This document shows, in pieces, positions 30,239 to 40,844 of a DNA stretch of 64,000 nucleotides (the stretch's first letter is position 1; each line of letters starts with the position of its first letter). Source of the DNA: Thecamonas trahens ATCC 50062 (Eukaryota; Protista; Apusomonadida). The notes beneath the pieces were generated by a model. The model was not told where the DNA came from. It did not search any database and was given only the letters and a program-made list of their open reading frames with translations. Both the position numbers and the translations under genes were made by a program. The stretch lies in contig NW_013657660.1 of the NCBI RefSeq assembly GCF_000142905.1, positions 396,056 through 460,055 of the forward strand. Reading direction: 5' to 3'.

Positions 30239-33200
30239 ATGCGCACGACCCCCCTCCCGCCCGAGCCCGCAGGGTACGAGGGGACCACGCCTGCGCTGGT
30301 CCCACCGCCTGCAGCAGGGCCTCCGTCGACAGCGGCCGGGGCGAACTCGTCGTCGGCGGCAGTGGTGGTGGCTGTGGCGGCGGCGGCGGCAGAGGCGGCG
30401 CAAAGACCCAATGCGGCGTCGGAAGTCTTTGCCCGCTCGCGCAAGGGCGTGGTGTCCAAGGTGGAGACGGCCGGTGAGGTGCTGCTGCGGCGCAAAGCCC
30501 AGGCCCGCCAGGGCTGGAACACCTTCTCGCGCAAGGGCAAGAAGCGAGCATACGAGCCACTGGGTGAGCCGCTACCTGCTGATCGGGTCATCTTCCGCGA
30601 CTCGCGCCGCAAGGCCAACATCGAGGCCATCTTCGCCTGGGCCACAGCCGCGCTCTCAGAGTCGGCCAACCGCGCCGCCGAGGCCTCGCGCCGCAAGATT
30701 GCCCACGCCGCTGCAGCAGCAAGATCCAACTCGGGCGTGCTCTCGGCTGGAGCTGGTGTCCCCGCTGACGCGCGGCTTCCGGCACCGCCGCCCGGCCCGC
30801 CGCCGGCTGACGGCCGCCCGCGGCCGCCCGCTTCGCACCGTCACCGCCGCAAGCTCCGAGAGCTGCCGGACACCCACGACATGTTTGCCAACGGCTCCAA
30901 GGCTTTGCACGCCAAGGTCGCCGAGTCGACCGCCCGAGTCATCGCCGTCCGCTCTGGCCAGCATGTCCTCAACGTTGTGCCATCGGTCGAGTGGATTGCT
31001 CCGCCCGACGCCGAGGTCACCGTTGCGCTCGGCGTCTCGTCCGAGCCAGTGTACGCTGTCGATCTCACAGTTGCCGGCAACGTCTTTCGCGCAGATCAGT
31101 CGGCGACGCTGACCAATGTTGCGCTGGTCATCGCCATTCCGCCGTCGGCGCTGTCGCACGCCTCAGCCCCGCCGCCGGCGCCGCCAACCGAGCCCATGCC
31201 TGCTGCCGGCCGAGCGCCGCGGGCCTCTGTCTTTCTCACCCAGGTCCTCCCCTCGGCCCCCTCCACCGCCAGCCTGGCGGCCTCGGTCCGCGACGCTGAG
31301 TCGGGCCCGGGCTCGCCAGTCTCACCGCTGTCTCTGGTCCCGCCGCCACCGCCGGGCCGTATTGTCTACTACGTCTATGAGGGACGCGAGCTCGCAGGTC
31401 GCTACACTTTGGTGGCTGAGACGCTCTCTGCAGCCGCGCTTTCTCCCGGAGCCGTCGGTCCTGTACCGTCCGAGCCGCTCGCTGTCAAGCTATCCAAGGG
31501 CATGCACTATGCAGTTGTTGCACGCTGGCCTGAGGATGCGCTCGGCGTCGTCGCCCGCGGCCTTGCCATCGACGAGACGCTGCCGTCGCCGCGTGAGCTC
31601 ATCACGCTCGAGACCGGAATCAGTTCGCTGCCTGGTCTCGGGCGTGCCGAGGTAAGCAACCCCACCGCGCACGCGCTACCGTTTCGCATGCAGCTGGACC
31701 TTGTTTCGCGGCCGATGATGACCCACCGCAAACGCGCTGCGCACGTGGCCTCGCTCTCGCAGTCGGAGCTCTCGTCGCGAATCCCGGCCAAGGTCAAGCT
31801 CCTGCACTCGCGTGCTGCCGCCACTGTCGAGGGCGCCATGAAGACCTTTGGCAACATGGTCGACTCGGCAGCATCGCAGGCCCGAGCTGCCGGCCGACCT
31901 GACACCTCGCACGTGCCAGATCCACGCGGCCGGCCGCACTACATCATTGGCAAGCGGCGAACGATCCGCCGCCACAACTCCGAGCGCTGGTCCGACGACT
32001 CGGCTGGCCCATCGCGATCGTCGTCACGGGCGCGGTCACGGTCGCGGCTCTCGCGATCGCGGTCGCGGTCGGCCATGCGCCGCTCACGGTCGAGCTCGCG
32101 CGTCGGCGATGATCGATCAGCCCGCGGCGGCGGCGTTGCCACTCTCTCCATGGACGTCCTCTCGCTCCTCACCATCGGAAACTCCAGTGACAGCCCAGTC
32201 ACCCGTCCAGAGCCGCTTGATGCTCGCATTAATGCCGGTGCCCGTGCCGGCTCCAAGTGGAAGCGCCGTGCTCTCATCAACATCAAGGAAGATGACTCGG
32301 ACAACGAGCCCGACTCGCCAAGCGGCCACCTCGGCTCGACATCGGCCGCTGGCCTCAACGCGTCGCGCTCGTCGATCGCGCTCCGGAAACCACCGTTTGT
32401 GGCCAAGGCCTCGTACCTCGACCGCAAGACCAAGTACGAGCTCGCCCTCGCACAGCACCTCATGTACGAGTTCCAGGTCGCCGCCGCCAAAGCTGCTGGG
32501 CCAGGCGCGGACGCCGACCACGTGTCATCGTCGTCGTCGTCGTCGTCGCTCAGCGAGTCGTCAGCCGCCGACAACGCGGTGGAGCAGGCAGCAGGCCGCA
32601 GTAGCGGTGCAGCCCCGCGTCGGCGTGCACGCCGACCTGCGGGCGTCCCGCGCCTGCCCATTGACAAGCTCCTCACCCGCCGTCGCATGCTGCAGCGAGT
32701 CCGCAAATCGCTCACTTCGCGGTCGTTCCGCGCCCCGCCACCCAAATCGCAGGGCGTTCTCGGCCTCCAGTCGACGTTTGAGATCGCCGGAAGCGCCGCC
32801 GAGCTCGGCTTCACGGCTGACGTCCGCAAGCGGCGGCGCAAACACCGCAAAAAGCGCAGGCAGGCCGGCGACCGCAGGCCGGCAACCTCGGCTCACGCCA
32901 GCACTGCGCGTGGGCGGCTGCAAGGTGTAGCAGGCAAGGACAGTTCGGGCTCGGGCGGCTGGGACTCGGAAAGCTCAGGCTCAGACTCGTCGGGCTCGTT
33001 TGACTTTATTTCGTCCAAGGCCGCCCGTGACGAGTACCACGGCGTCAAGCACCAGCTCGTCCGTGCCGCTGCCGCGAGCCGCCATGAGCGGGCGTCGTCG
33101 ACGTGGACCATTCCCGAGCGTCGGATGCCCGGCTCAGCCCGTCAGGCGTCCGAGAACGCGCTTAAGGCCCGCGCCTTTGCTGAGTTCCAGCGCTCGGTCG

Positions 33201-33976
33201 AGTCGCGGAGGCTTAAGCTTACCCGCAAGTATGGCGTCAAGATGCACGCGCTCCTTCGGGCGCTTGCTGATCGCGATCCCCACCTCGATGCCTCGACTCG
33301 TTTCGCTGACCTCCTCACCAACCTGCAGGCCTCGCGGCGGCGGCTGATCAACGGCCTGCATGCTGCACTCGAGGACAAAGACGTCGAGCGCTCCGGCAAG
33401 CTCGCCCGCAAGTACGATGCACTCAGCGAAGTTCTCCGCATGGCCAGCGGCGCATTCCACTCGGACCAGGACATGGACCTCGTCCGCGACGTAGCGGAGG
33501 CAGCCGCACTCGAGCGCGCTGTCGCAGTAGAGGCCTCGGACGGCTACGCCTGGTTTGCTGCCCTGGTTGCTGACGTCGTCACCCGTGCAGGCTCGGCCGG
33601 TCACGTCAGCGCCGAGGAGCACGCCGTACTCATCAAGCTCAAGCGCGTTCTCCACGCCTCGGGTGGCAAGTTTACTCGCGACGATCTTCGGCGCGTCCTC
33701 GGCTCAATCGCTCAGGAGGACTTTCGGCAGGAGGGTGTCCAGTACATCCTCCTCAAGGTTCGCGTCGGCCTCCAGATCCAGCCCTCGGCCTACCACGCAC
33801 TCCTCAAAGAAGCCGCTCTTCCGGTGCCCAAGGAGGTGCTCGACCAGATGATCGCCGCTCCGTTCAACAAGCGCTTCCCCACGCTCCGCGCTATCGTCGG
33901 CGAAAACGTTCAGCCTGAGGCTCTCCAGGCCTACAAGATGGTGACCGCCAACATGGAGTCTGCAGCACTCGCCTAA
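30239..33976 (+). CDS. Large hypothetical protein (~1245 aa) with RS-rich and basic tracts and a helical C-terminus; 5' end obscured by the gap
   Basis: Long open frame; SRSSSRARSRSRLSRSRSRS and KRRRKHRKKRR tracts; no family recognised. Confidence 0.75.
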   Translation: MRTTPLPPEPAGYEGTTPALVPPPAAGPPSTAAGANSSSAAVVVAVAAAAAEAAQRPNAASEVFARSRKGVVSKVETAGEVLLRRKAQARQGWNTFSRKGKKRAYEPLGEPLPADRVIFRDSRRKANIEAIFAWATAALSESANRAAEASRRKIAHAAAAARSNSGVLSAGAGVPADARLPAPPPGPPPADGRPRPPASHRHRRKLRELPDTHDMFANGSKALHAKVAESTARVIAVRSGQHVLNVVPSVEWIAPPDAEVTVALGVSSEPVYAVDLTVAGNVFRADQSATLTNVALVIAIPPSALSHASAPPPAPPTEPMPAAGRAPRASVFLTQVLPSAPSTASLAASVRDAESGPGSPVSPLSLVPPPPPGRIVYYVYEGRELAGRYTLVAETLSAAALSPGAVGPVPSEPLAVKLSKGMHYAVVARWPEDALGVVARGLAIDETLPSPRELITLETGISSLPGLGRAEVSNPTAHALPFRMQLDLVSRPMMTHRKRAAHVASLSQSELSSRIPAKVKLLHSRAAATVEGAMKTFGNMVDSAASQARAAGRPDTSHVPDPRGRPHYIIGKRRTIRRHNSERWSDDSAGPSRSSSRARSRSRLSRSRSRSAMRRSRSSSRVGDDRSARGGGVATLSMDVLSLLTIGNSSDSPVTRPEPLDARINAGARAGSKWKRRALINIKEDDSDNEPDSPSGHLGSTSAAGLNASRSSIALRKPPFVAKASYLDRKTKYELALAQHLMYEFQVAAAKAAGPGADADHVSSSSSSSSLSESSAADNAVEQAAGRSSGAAPRRRARRPAGVPRLPIDKLLTRRRMLQRVRKSLTSRSFRAPPPKSQGVLGLQSTFEIAGSAAELGFTADVRKRRRKHRKKRRQAGDRRPATSAHASTARGRLQGVAGKDSSGSGGWDSESSGSDSSGSFDFISSKAARDEYHGVKHQLVRAAAASRHERASSTWTIPERRMPGSARQASENALKARAFAEFQRSVESRRLKLTRKYGVKMHALLRALADRDPHLDASTRFADLLTNLQASRRRLINGLHAALEDKDVERSGKLARKYDALSEVLRMASGAFHSDQDMDLVRDVAEAAALERAVAVEASDGYAWFAALVADVVTRAGSAGHVSAEEHAVLIKLKRVLHASGGKFTRDDLRRVLGSIAQEDFRQEGVQYILLKVRVGLQIQPSAYHALLKEAALPVPKEVLDQMIAAPFNKRFPTLRAIVGENVQPEALQAYKMVTANMESAALA

Positions 33977-34009
33977 GCAAACGTACGTACGCCAACAACA
34001 CGCAGCGTC

Positions 34010-34966
34010 TTACGACTGCTTCACCTTGTTGGCCTTACCCTTGCCCTTGCCCTTGCCCTTGCCCTTGCCCTTAGCCTTGGCGTTCTTGCTTGCGGACGCA
34101 GCGCCATCAGCAAACTCAACAGTGTCTGGCGACGGGTTCTCGCGTGGCTCGCCCCAGGCAATGCCGTCGGAGCGAGCCGGCAGGTCAAAGTATCGGGCGA
34201 CGGAGGCTTCATCAAAACGAGCGCCCTTTGCGACGGCGCGGCGGGCCGAGGGCTCAGCAGGCGGCGGGCCAGCCCAGGCCGGAAGGCGAGCCAGCTCCTG
34301 GCCGCCGTGGAAGAGAATAAGGGTGGGCAGCTGGCTCGAACTCGTCGAAGTGTCGATGGCAAACTTGCGGGCGATGACCGGGGCGTTGGTCAGGTTGACG
34401 AGGCCAAAGTGGAGCGAGGGCGAGGCGAGGGCGTTGGAGAGGGCGGCAAAGACAGGGATAAAGGCCGAACACGGCGGGGCCCAGTAGACAGTAAAGAGCA
34501 CGATCCAGAAGCCGTCCTCAGGCGGAGCGGCGAGGACGGCCGACGAGAGTGTGGCGCCCTTGAGCAGGCGGACCTGGGTCGGCCCCGAGTAGGCCGGCTG
34601 CGGAAAGGTGATGGCGGCGAGGAGGGCGGCAGCGGCGTAGGCAGCCGGAGCCAGCCACGAGTCGACCAGGAGGCAGAAGGCGACGGCGATCTTGCCAAAG
34701 AGAAAGACGTTGAAGAGCCAGCCATCGATAGAAGTGGCAGCCTTGGCCTTGAGCGCCAGGAGGACCGCGAGGCAACCAGCCAGCTGGACCTCGCCCGACA
34801 GCCGGAGCATCGAGTTGCCGCTGAACAGCTCAGAGTCGCCCGGAATGACGGCAGACCGGAGCCAGAGCGGATACACCGCAAGCAGCGCTACGTTGGCTGC
34901 GTAGTACGGCGCCAGGAACCGCACCACCGGGTGCCGTGCCACCTGTTCGCTCTCGTCAGTGCTCAT
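34010..34966 (-). CDS. TMX2: Thioredoxin-related transmembrane protein 2
   Basis: N-terminal TM helices, QPAYSGP, WIVLF..YWAPPC..F.PVFA.LS, LHFG.V, SQLPTLILF.GG.E..RLP, and a C-terminal KxKxx ER-retrieval motif (KVKQS). Confidence 0.88.
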   Translation of the reverse strand: MSTDESEQVARHPVVRFLAPYYAANVALLAVYPLWLRSAVIPGDSELFSGNSMLRLSGEVQLAGCLAVLLALKAKAATSIDGWLFNVFLFGKIAVAFCLLVDSWLAPAAYAAAALLAAITFPQPAYSGPTQVRLLKGATLSSAVLAAPPEDGFWIVLFTVYWAPPCSAFIPVFAALSNALASPSLHFGLVNLTNAPVIARKFAIDTSTSSSQLPTLILFHGGQELARLPAWAGPPPAEPSARRAVAKGARFDEASVARYFDLPARSDGIAWGEPRENPSPDTVEFADGAASASKNAKAKGKGKGKGKGKGKANKVKQS

Positions 34967-35090
34967 AGTGAGGTGTGGAGGAGGAGTGGGTGGGAGGGAG
35001 GGGGGGGGGGGGGGATCGTGATCGTGATCGTGATCGATCGCTGCGGAGTCGAGTTTTGGGAGGGGGAGGGGGGGGGGGAGGCCTTCACTT

Positions 35091-38000
35091 TTACCCAGAC
35101 ACGCTGCCAGACAATGTCAGCTCGCCATCGTCCATCGAAGAGTCCGGGATCTGCTCACCCTTGCCCGGCCACGACGGCGTTGAGCTCATGATCTCGGCAA
35201 GCCGCTCCGCATCCTGCCGGAGCGTAACAGGCCGCCCGCTCGAGTACGGCGAGCCGGCGTGCGGCGTCCGCGGGTTGTGGGTGGGGAGCGGCGTCGATGC
35301 CGTGCCCACCACAGATGCAGGATGCACTGCAGCCGGCGCCGGCGCTGGCGCGATCGACAAAGAATCAGTCACGTAGTTCTCGCGCGACGACAGCGGCTGC
35401 GACGCAAGTACATCGAGCTCGGCAAGCTGCTTCTGGAGGACAGAGTGGAGTGACATGTCCGACATGCCCGCCAGGCTCGACGAACTGGCATCCAGCTGCC
35501 GCTGGATGTGCTCCGGGATGAAGAGAGCTGCCGATGATGACGCTGCCGGAGGCGAGTTCTCCATCGGCTGCACCGGGCTCGGTTTTCGGCATCCATCTGC
35601 TGCAGCACCACCTCGTCGCCGTTGGCTGCGGTTGCCAGCTCGGACTCGACCGGGGCGCGGGCCACCGGAGCCCGTCGCCGAATCGCCCGCTCCGGCACAA
35701 CTCGAACGAGGACCTGCCCGCGGAGTCGCGAGTGCGCGTCGACCACATGGTACCACCCGTGGACCTGCGCAAGTCCACTGAGCAGAGGCGCAACATCCAC
35801 AAGCGCCACACCGAGTAGCACCTCGCTGCCGGGCGAGCTCACGTGCCACACCTCGATCTTGACCGCCTCGTCGGCAAGGACCGCAGCCGTCGGCACCGTC
35901 ACTGTTGTGCGGAACTCGAGCCGTGGAGAGACCGAGGCCACAGTTGCAGGCTCCGAGGTACCGCCAACATGCTCGCCAAGCGAGACAACAACGCATGCGT
36001 GCGGTGCCACCGCATCTACAGTTTGCGAGTGCACTGCAGGCACCTTGGGCAGATGCAGCGCTTCCTCCACTGCGATCCGCAGTGTCACGGCCTCAGCTTC
36101 GTGCCTAGCTCGTCCAGACCCCGCTGCCATCGTTCCGTGCCGCTCGTGCTCGGACACAATGTCACCGAACAGCCGTCGCGGCTCGGCCTCGGCCTCGTAC
36201 TCATGCCAGCCCGGCGAGGCCGGTGCATCCGGCACCTCGCTCCGCCGCTCCGCAGCATGCGTCCGCACTTGGCGCGGACTCGCAGGCCGCATCGCGGAAG
36301 CCTCCACTGCATGCAGTAGCGCCCGGACCTTGACCGCGCCCATCACCTTGCGCGTTGCCACGCCGGACACAAAAAGCTTGCGTTGACCCATGCCGGCTCG
36401 TCCGTCACCCGCGGCGCACCCACAAACCGGTCCATCAGCTCCCACAGCCAGAGCCACGCCGTACCGACATGCTCTGCCCCGTCGTCGCCCCCGCTCCGCC
36501 ATACTTCCACGGCCATCGGTGCCGCAAGCATTCGCTCCAGCAGTGCAGGTCCGAGGTCGTGGAAGACAGACCGGTGCCGCATCGGCACCACAGCGGCACC
36601 CGGCTCGGCAGAGTACGTCTTGGACTGCGTCTGAGGAAGCGTCCCGTGCGGCTGGTACGTCACAAAGTACCCGCCACTTGCACTCTCCTCAAACAACTCC
36701 AGTTCGTCCACAAGCAGCGTCAGCTTGGCTCCCACCTCGGCAGGCAGCCGTCCGCCCGCCCGCAGCAGCGGGTCAGACCGCACAGGCGCCGCAAGCCGCA
36801 TTCTCAGCGTTGCATGCACCATGCCACCCGCCCGCCCAGCACGCTGGAGCGGAAGCCACCCAGACACGCTGCCAGGTGCGTGGCTCTCCTCCGTCCATCC
36901 CACAAGGAACGCACGGAGTGGAAGCCGCACATTCCCCAGCACAGAGTCCTCAATCAGCACCGCACCGTTTGTCGTCAGCGCCTCCAGCGTGTCGGCACCC
37001 ACCAGCGTGGCCGTCCGACCCTCGACCGCTTCGTCGTGACCCCACCGCACACTCGAGTTCGGCCCGCTTCCGCCTGCAAGCTCCAGCCGCGCCTCCAACT
37101 CGCCGGGCGTCACAGCACCCGGGCCAACCACGTCCGACACGTGCAACTCTATCTCGGTCCGCAACTTGTCACCCGCCGCGGGAAGAAGCGCTCGCGACAC
37201 TCGCGGTGCCGCGTGCAGTACAATCTTGAGGTATCCCATAAAGCCAGGCCGGTCACCTGACGGCACAATCGCAAGCGTAAACGCTCCGCGCACAGGTTCG
37301 TCTACCCCAACCTCATCCACAAGGCCCAGAAAGTCCTCCGCAGGGAGAATAGCACGCCCTAGAACTGCATCCTGCCCACGCAGCGTCGGCTGCTTGAGCG
37401 TAAACGTGATCGCGTCTACACCGTTGCGCGGAAGAAACACGCTCCACGGCGCGGACGCCGGCTTGAGCACCGAGCACGTCGCCTTGTGGCCGATCTTGAC
37501 ACTCGGCGCACATATCATCGCCGATGTCGCCACCTTGCCCTCGGTCCCCGGGAACTCGTACTGCACGTAAAACTGCGGATCGCCGGTCTCGCCCGAGCCC
37601 GGCGCTGCGAGGTTGAGCCATCGCAGCGACGCCGCGGACTCAATCGCCACCTCAAACACGTGGTGGTCCACTGAGCCGTCGACGCCCGACCCCGACGACC
37701 CAATGATGGCAGCAGTCTCGTCGCTGCGCCGACTCGGGCCACTCACCATCTGCGCCTTGGCCGGCGTCGCCCACTCGATGTCACCCGAGTTCAGCGACGT
37801 TTCCAGCGCCGCAAGCGGCACAAGGCTCGACGGCGCGCCCGAAACCGTCCGGATCCGTGCCTGAAGGGTCCGGATCTGCGGCAGCATTCCCATCGCCAGC
37901 ACGCACTCGAGCGAGCCGCGCGTCGCCCCGGTTCGCATATCCACAATCGGATACGCCTCGTTCGCGGCGCATACAGGCAGCCGTTCGCCGAGAAATGCCC

Positions 38001-39759
38001 CACGTGAGAGCTCGTCGCGGAAGGAGACAAAAAACTGGTGGAACGGAAGCTTGACAAGGCCCACAAGCACATCATCGTCCTTGGGCCGAACCATCTCCCC
38101 GCCATCGTGCCCACTCTCGCGTACAGGCCGGTGCCAGACCTCCACAATCAAACTCGAGTTCTTCAGATACGTCAGGAACATCGGCGTGACCGCCACCGGC
38201 ACGGTGTGCTCAAAGTCAAAGTTCGGCGCACGCTCTCCATATGCCACACGCGTCGCCACAGAGTCATCGCGCCGGAACAGCTTGCACGCCAGGTAGAGCG
38301 ACGGCGGCGCATCCTCGCCCCATCCGCCACTTGCCAGGTCGAGGTTGGTCACGCGTCCCAGCCGCACAAGCGTGTACAGCAGTGGCGCCGGTGGCGGCAT
38401 CGGCTGTGCTGCTAGTGCCGTGCTATCGGCGTCGCCGTTGTTGCTGCTCTCCTCGCCGTCATCCTCGCCGTCATCGTCCTTGGCGAAAAACAGCTCTTCA
38501 AGCAAAGCGTCTTCCTCCGCCAGGTTCGATTCAGTCTCGGAAATGCCGGACGTGTTGAGCTGTGCCACCGCGTCGACGAGCGGGAACGCATCGACAGCTT
38601 CCGAAGCCTGCGACGGCCATCCCGTCCCTTCGTTGTTCGACTCCGGTTCACCAGCGGCTGTGCCGATAGCCGCTACAAGCTCATTGTCAAGCGCAGCAGC
38701 TGTCGGCCGCGCCATCGCCGACGCCAGCCGCGCTTTCAGCTGGTGTCCGCGCTGCCACAGATCGTCGAGAAGAACCTTGGCCTGCTCGGCCTTATGTCTG
38801 CTCGCTGCATCGTCCACGTTCGCCGCCACCGGCGCTGACGCCTGACAAGCGCCAGTTTTCGCTCGTGCGCCACGGCTCACCTGCGCTTGCGGCAGTGGCG
38901 GCGACTCGTTGGGCACCAGCTGGATCGGAATCATGACGGCATCCACCGCACCCGGAATGCCGCGGTGGGCCGGTGACGAGCCGCCACCGTTAGCATCATC
39001 GTCCAAGCCCTCGTTGTCAGAGCTTTCCGCCTCCGACTCGGTCGCCGAGTTGTTGGCAGCTTCTAGAGCCTCGATCTCATCATCGAGCGCCTCGAGCTCC
39101 AGATCGCGGCGAAAGAGCTGGCCTGGGTGCTCCGGCGACTCGACCACCAGCGCTGGATCGATAAACGCCTGCGGCGACTTTGCCGGCGATGGGTGGGCAG
39201 CGAGGTCAGCCTTGGGAGGCGACGCCGAGTTCCCTCGGGCAAAGCCCTGCGGTAGGTCTGGCGCCCGCGACGCGCCGGGCGGCTGCAGGCGGAGCGCCAG
39301 CCGCATGACTCCAAGCTTTGTCCCCTGCGGCGAGAGCAGCGGCAGGTTCCACACATAGTGCCTCCGTGGGCGGACCGAGTCGAGACGCTTCTGCGCCGAG
39401 GCCACCACCACATGATGCGGGCCGTAGAGGGCGATGACCAGCGGGCCCATGTCGCGCAAATAGGCGGCGAGCCGCTTGGGCGAGGAGCGGAGGGCGTAGA
39501 CCAGCGGACGGGAAGCCTCGCTCTCTACCTCGCCCACCATCGGCGCCTTACTTCCTTGCGCATACATAGGAGGTACACGCTTGGCCCCGTCCCCACGCTC
39601 GCCCCACCACTTGACCACAACATGCTTGGGCGCCAGACTCTGCACTCCGGCCGGAGGACTTGCCACTCGCACCTCGGCCACATGCAGCCAGAGCTCTCCA
39701 CGGACCTCGCCCTTGACCCCAGGCGGGAGTGACACCCTTTCGTACTCGCTCTCGCTCAT
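35091..39759 (-). CDS. C2CD3: C2 domain-containing protein 3 (distal centriole/cilium); two apparent frameshifts (~36373, ~35585)
   Basis: The N-terminus LPPGVKGEVRGELWL...VKWWGE...YALRSSPKRLAAYLRDM matches C2CD3. Multiple C2 domains follow (IVEVW..D.LVGLVKLPFHQFF.SF; IAVEEALHLP; GLAQVHGWYHVVD...RGQVLV). ORFs 36343..39963, 35369..36502 and 35091..35996 join with +1 base at each junction. Confidence 0.85.
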
Positions 39760-40611
39760 CCCCTCACACTCTGTCCGCAATGTACAAAGTCGGGTGTCTC
39801 GTCCCACTCCCACACTCCGCCCTTCTTCCCTCCCCTCCCTTTCCTCCCTCCTGCCTGCCTCTGCCCGTCGCCCTCCCCGCCAACTTTGCGCGCGAAACCC
39901 AAATGGCGCCATTTTTGGCCGGCCGTCGTCCAATCGATCGTCCCATGGATCGACCACTCTCACCTCCCATGCACCTCCTCGGCCACCTTTCAGGGCGCCA
40001 CTTGTCCATTTAGATACAGATCGGACCGCAATCGAAGAACGAGATGGGAGATATTATGTAATAATACGCAGGCAAGGCATGAGCTTGACTCGTCGTCGTC
40101 GCTGTGGTGGGGGGGGTGTAGAGTGCAATGCTCACATCAATGCGATCGCCTTTTCTGGCGACGTCTGTCCGTGCAACCTGCTCACAATCCGAGTCCCCCC
40201 CCCCCCCCCCCCCCCGCCCTCTATGCGTCCACCCCCTATACATCCAAAAGATGTCACAGCCATTGTCCCGATCCCTCTCATCCCCGTTCACAGTTTTATC
40301 ATTCTCTGCGCTCCCCAACCGCTCCTGGCCACCTTTGCTGACCTTGATCAACACCGGGACGGACCCCATCGTTTGCCACAAGTTGATTGGCGCGTGCCTG
40401 CACGCCTCAATTCCCCGCGCTCTCCTCGTCGACCTAACTCACACGCGCGCTTGCCTCTCGTTCCGCGTCGTACGACTCCTCTTGGGCCTCCCCCCCCCCC
40501 TCGTGCCCCCCCCCCTTTCCCTCCCCCCCGTTTAGAGTGATTTCTCTCCGCTTCTTTACAAGAGCGTTACGTTTCCCCCTGGCGCCGCGACTCTACGATT
40601 AAGGAGTTTAC

Positions 40612-40711
40612 NNNNNNNNNNNNNNNNNNNNNNNNNNNNNNNNNNNNNNNNNNNNNNNNNNNNNNNNNNNNNNNNNNNNNNNNNNNNNNNNNNNNNNNNN
40701 NNNNNNNNNNN
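40612..40711. other. Assembly gap (100 N)
   Basis: N run. Confidence 1.
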
Positions 40712-40844
40712 GACGCTTCCCCCCTCCTCTCTCTCTCCCCCCTTTCCTCGTCTTTTCCCTTCTCATCCTTTCCATAGGTCTTTGCCACGCTCCGCAAGGC
40801 CTCTTCTATCTCCTTCCCTTCCTTCTTCTTGCTCGCCTCTCGTC

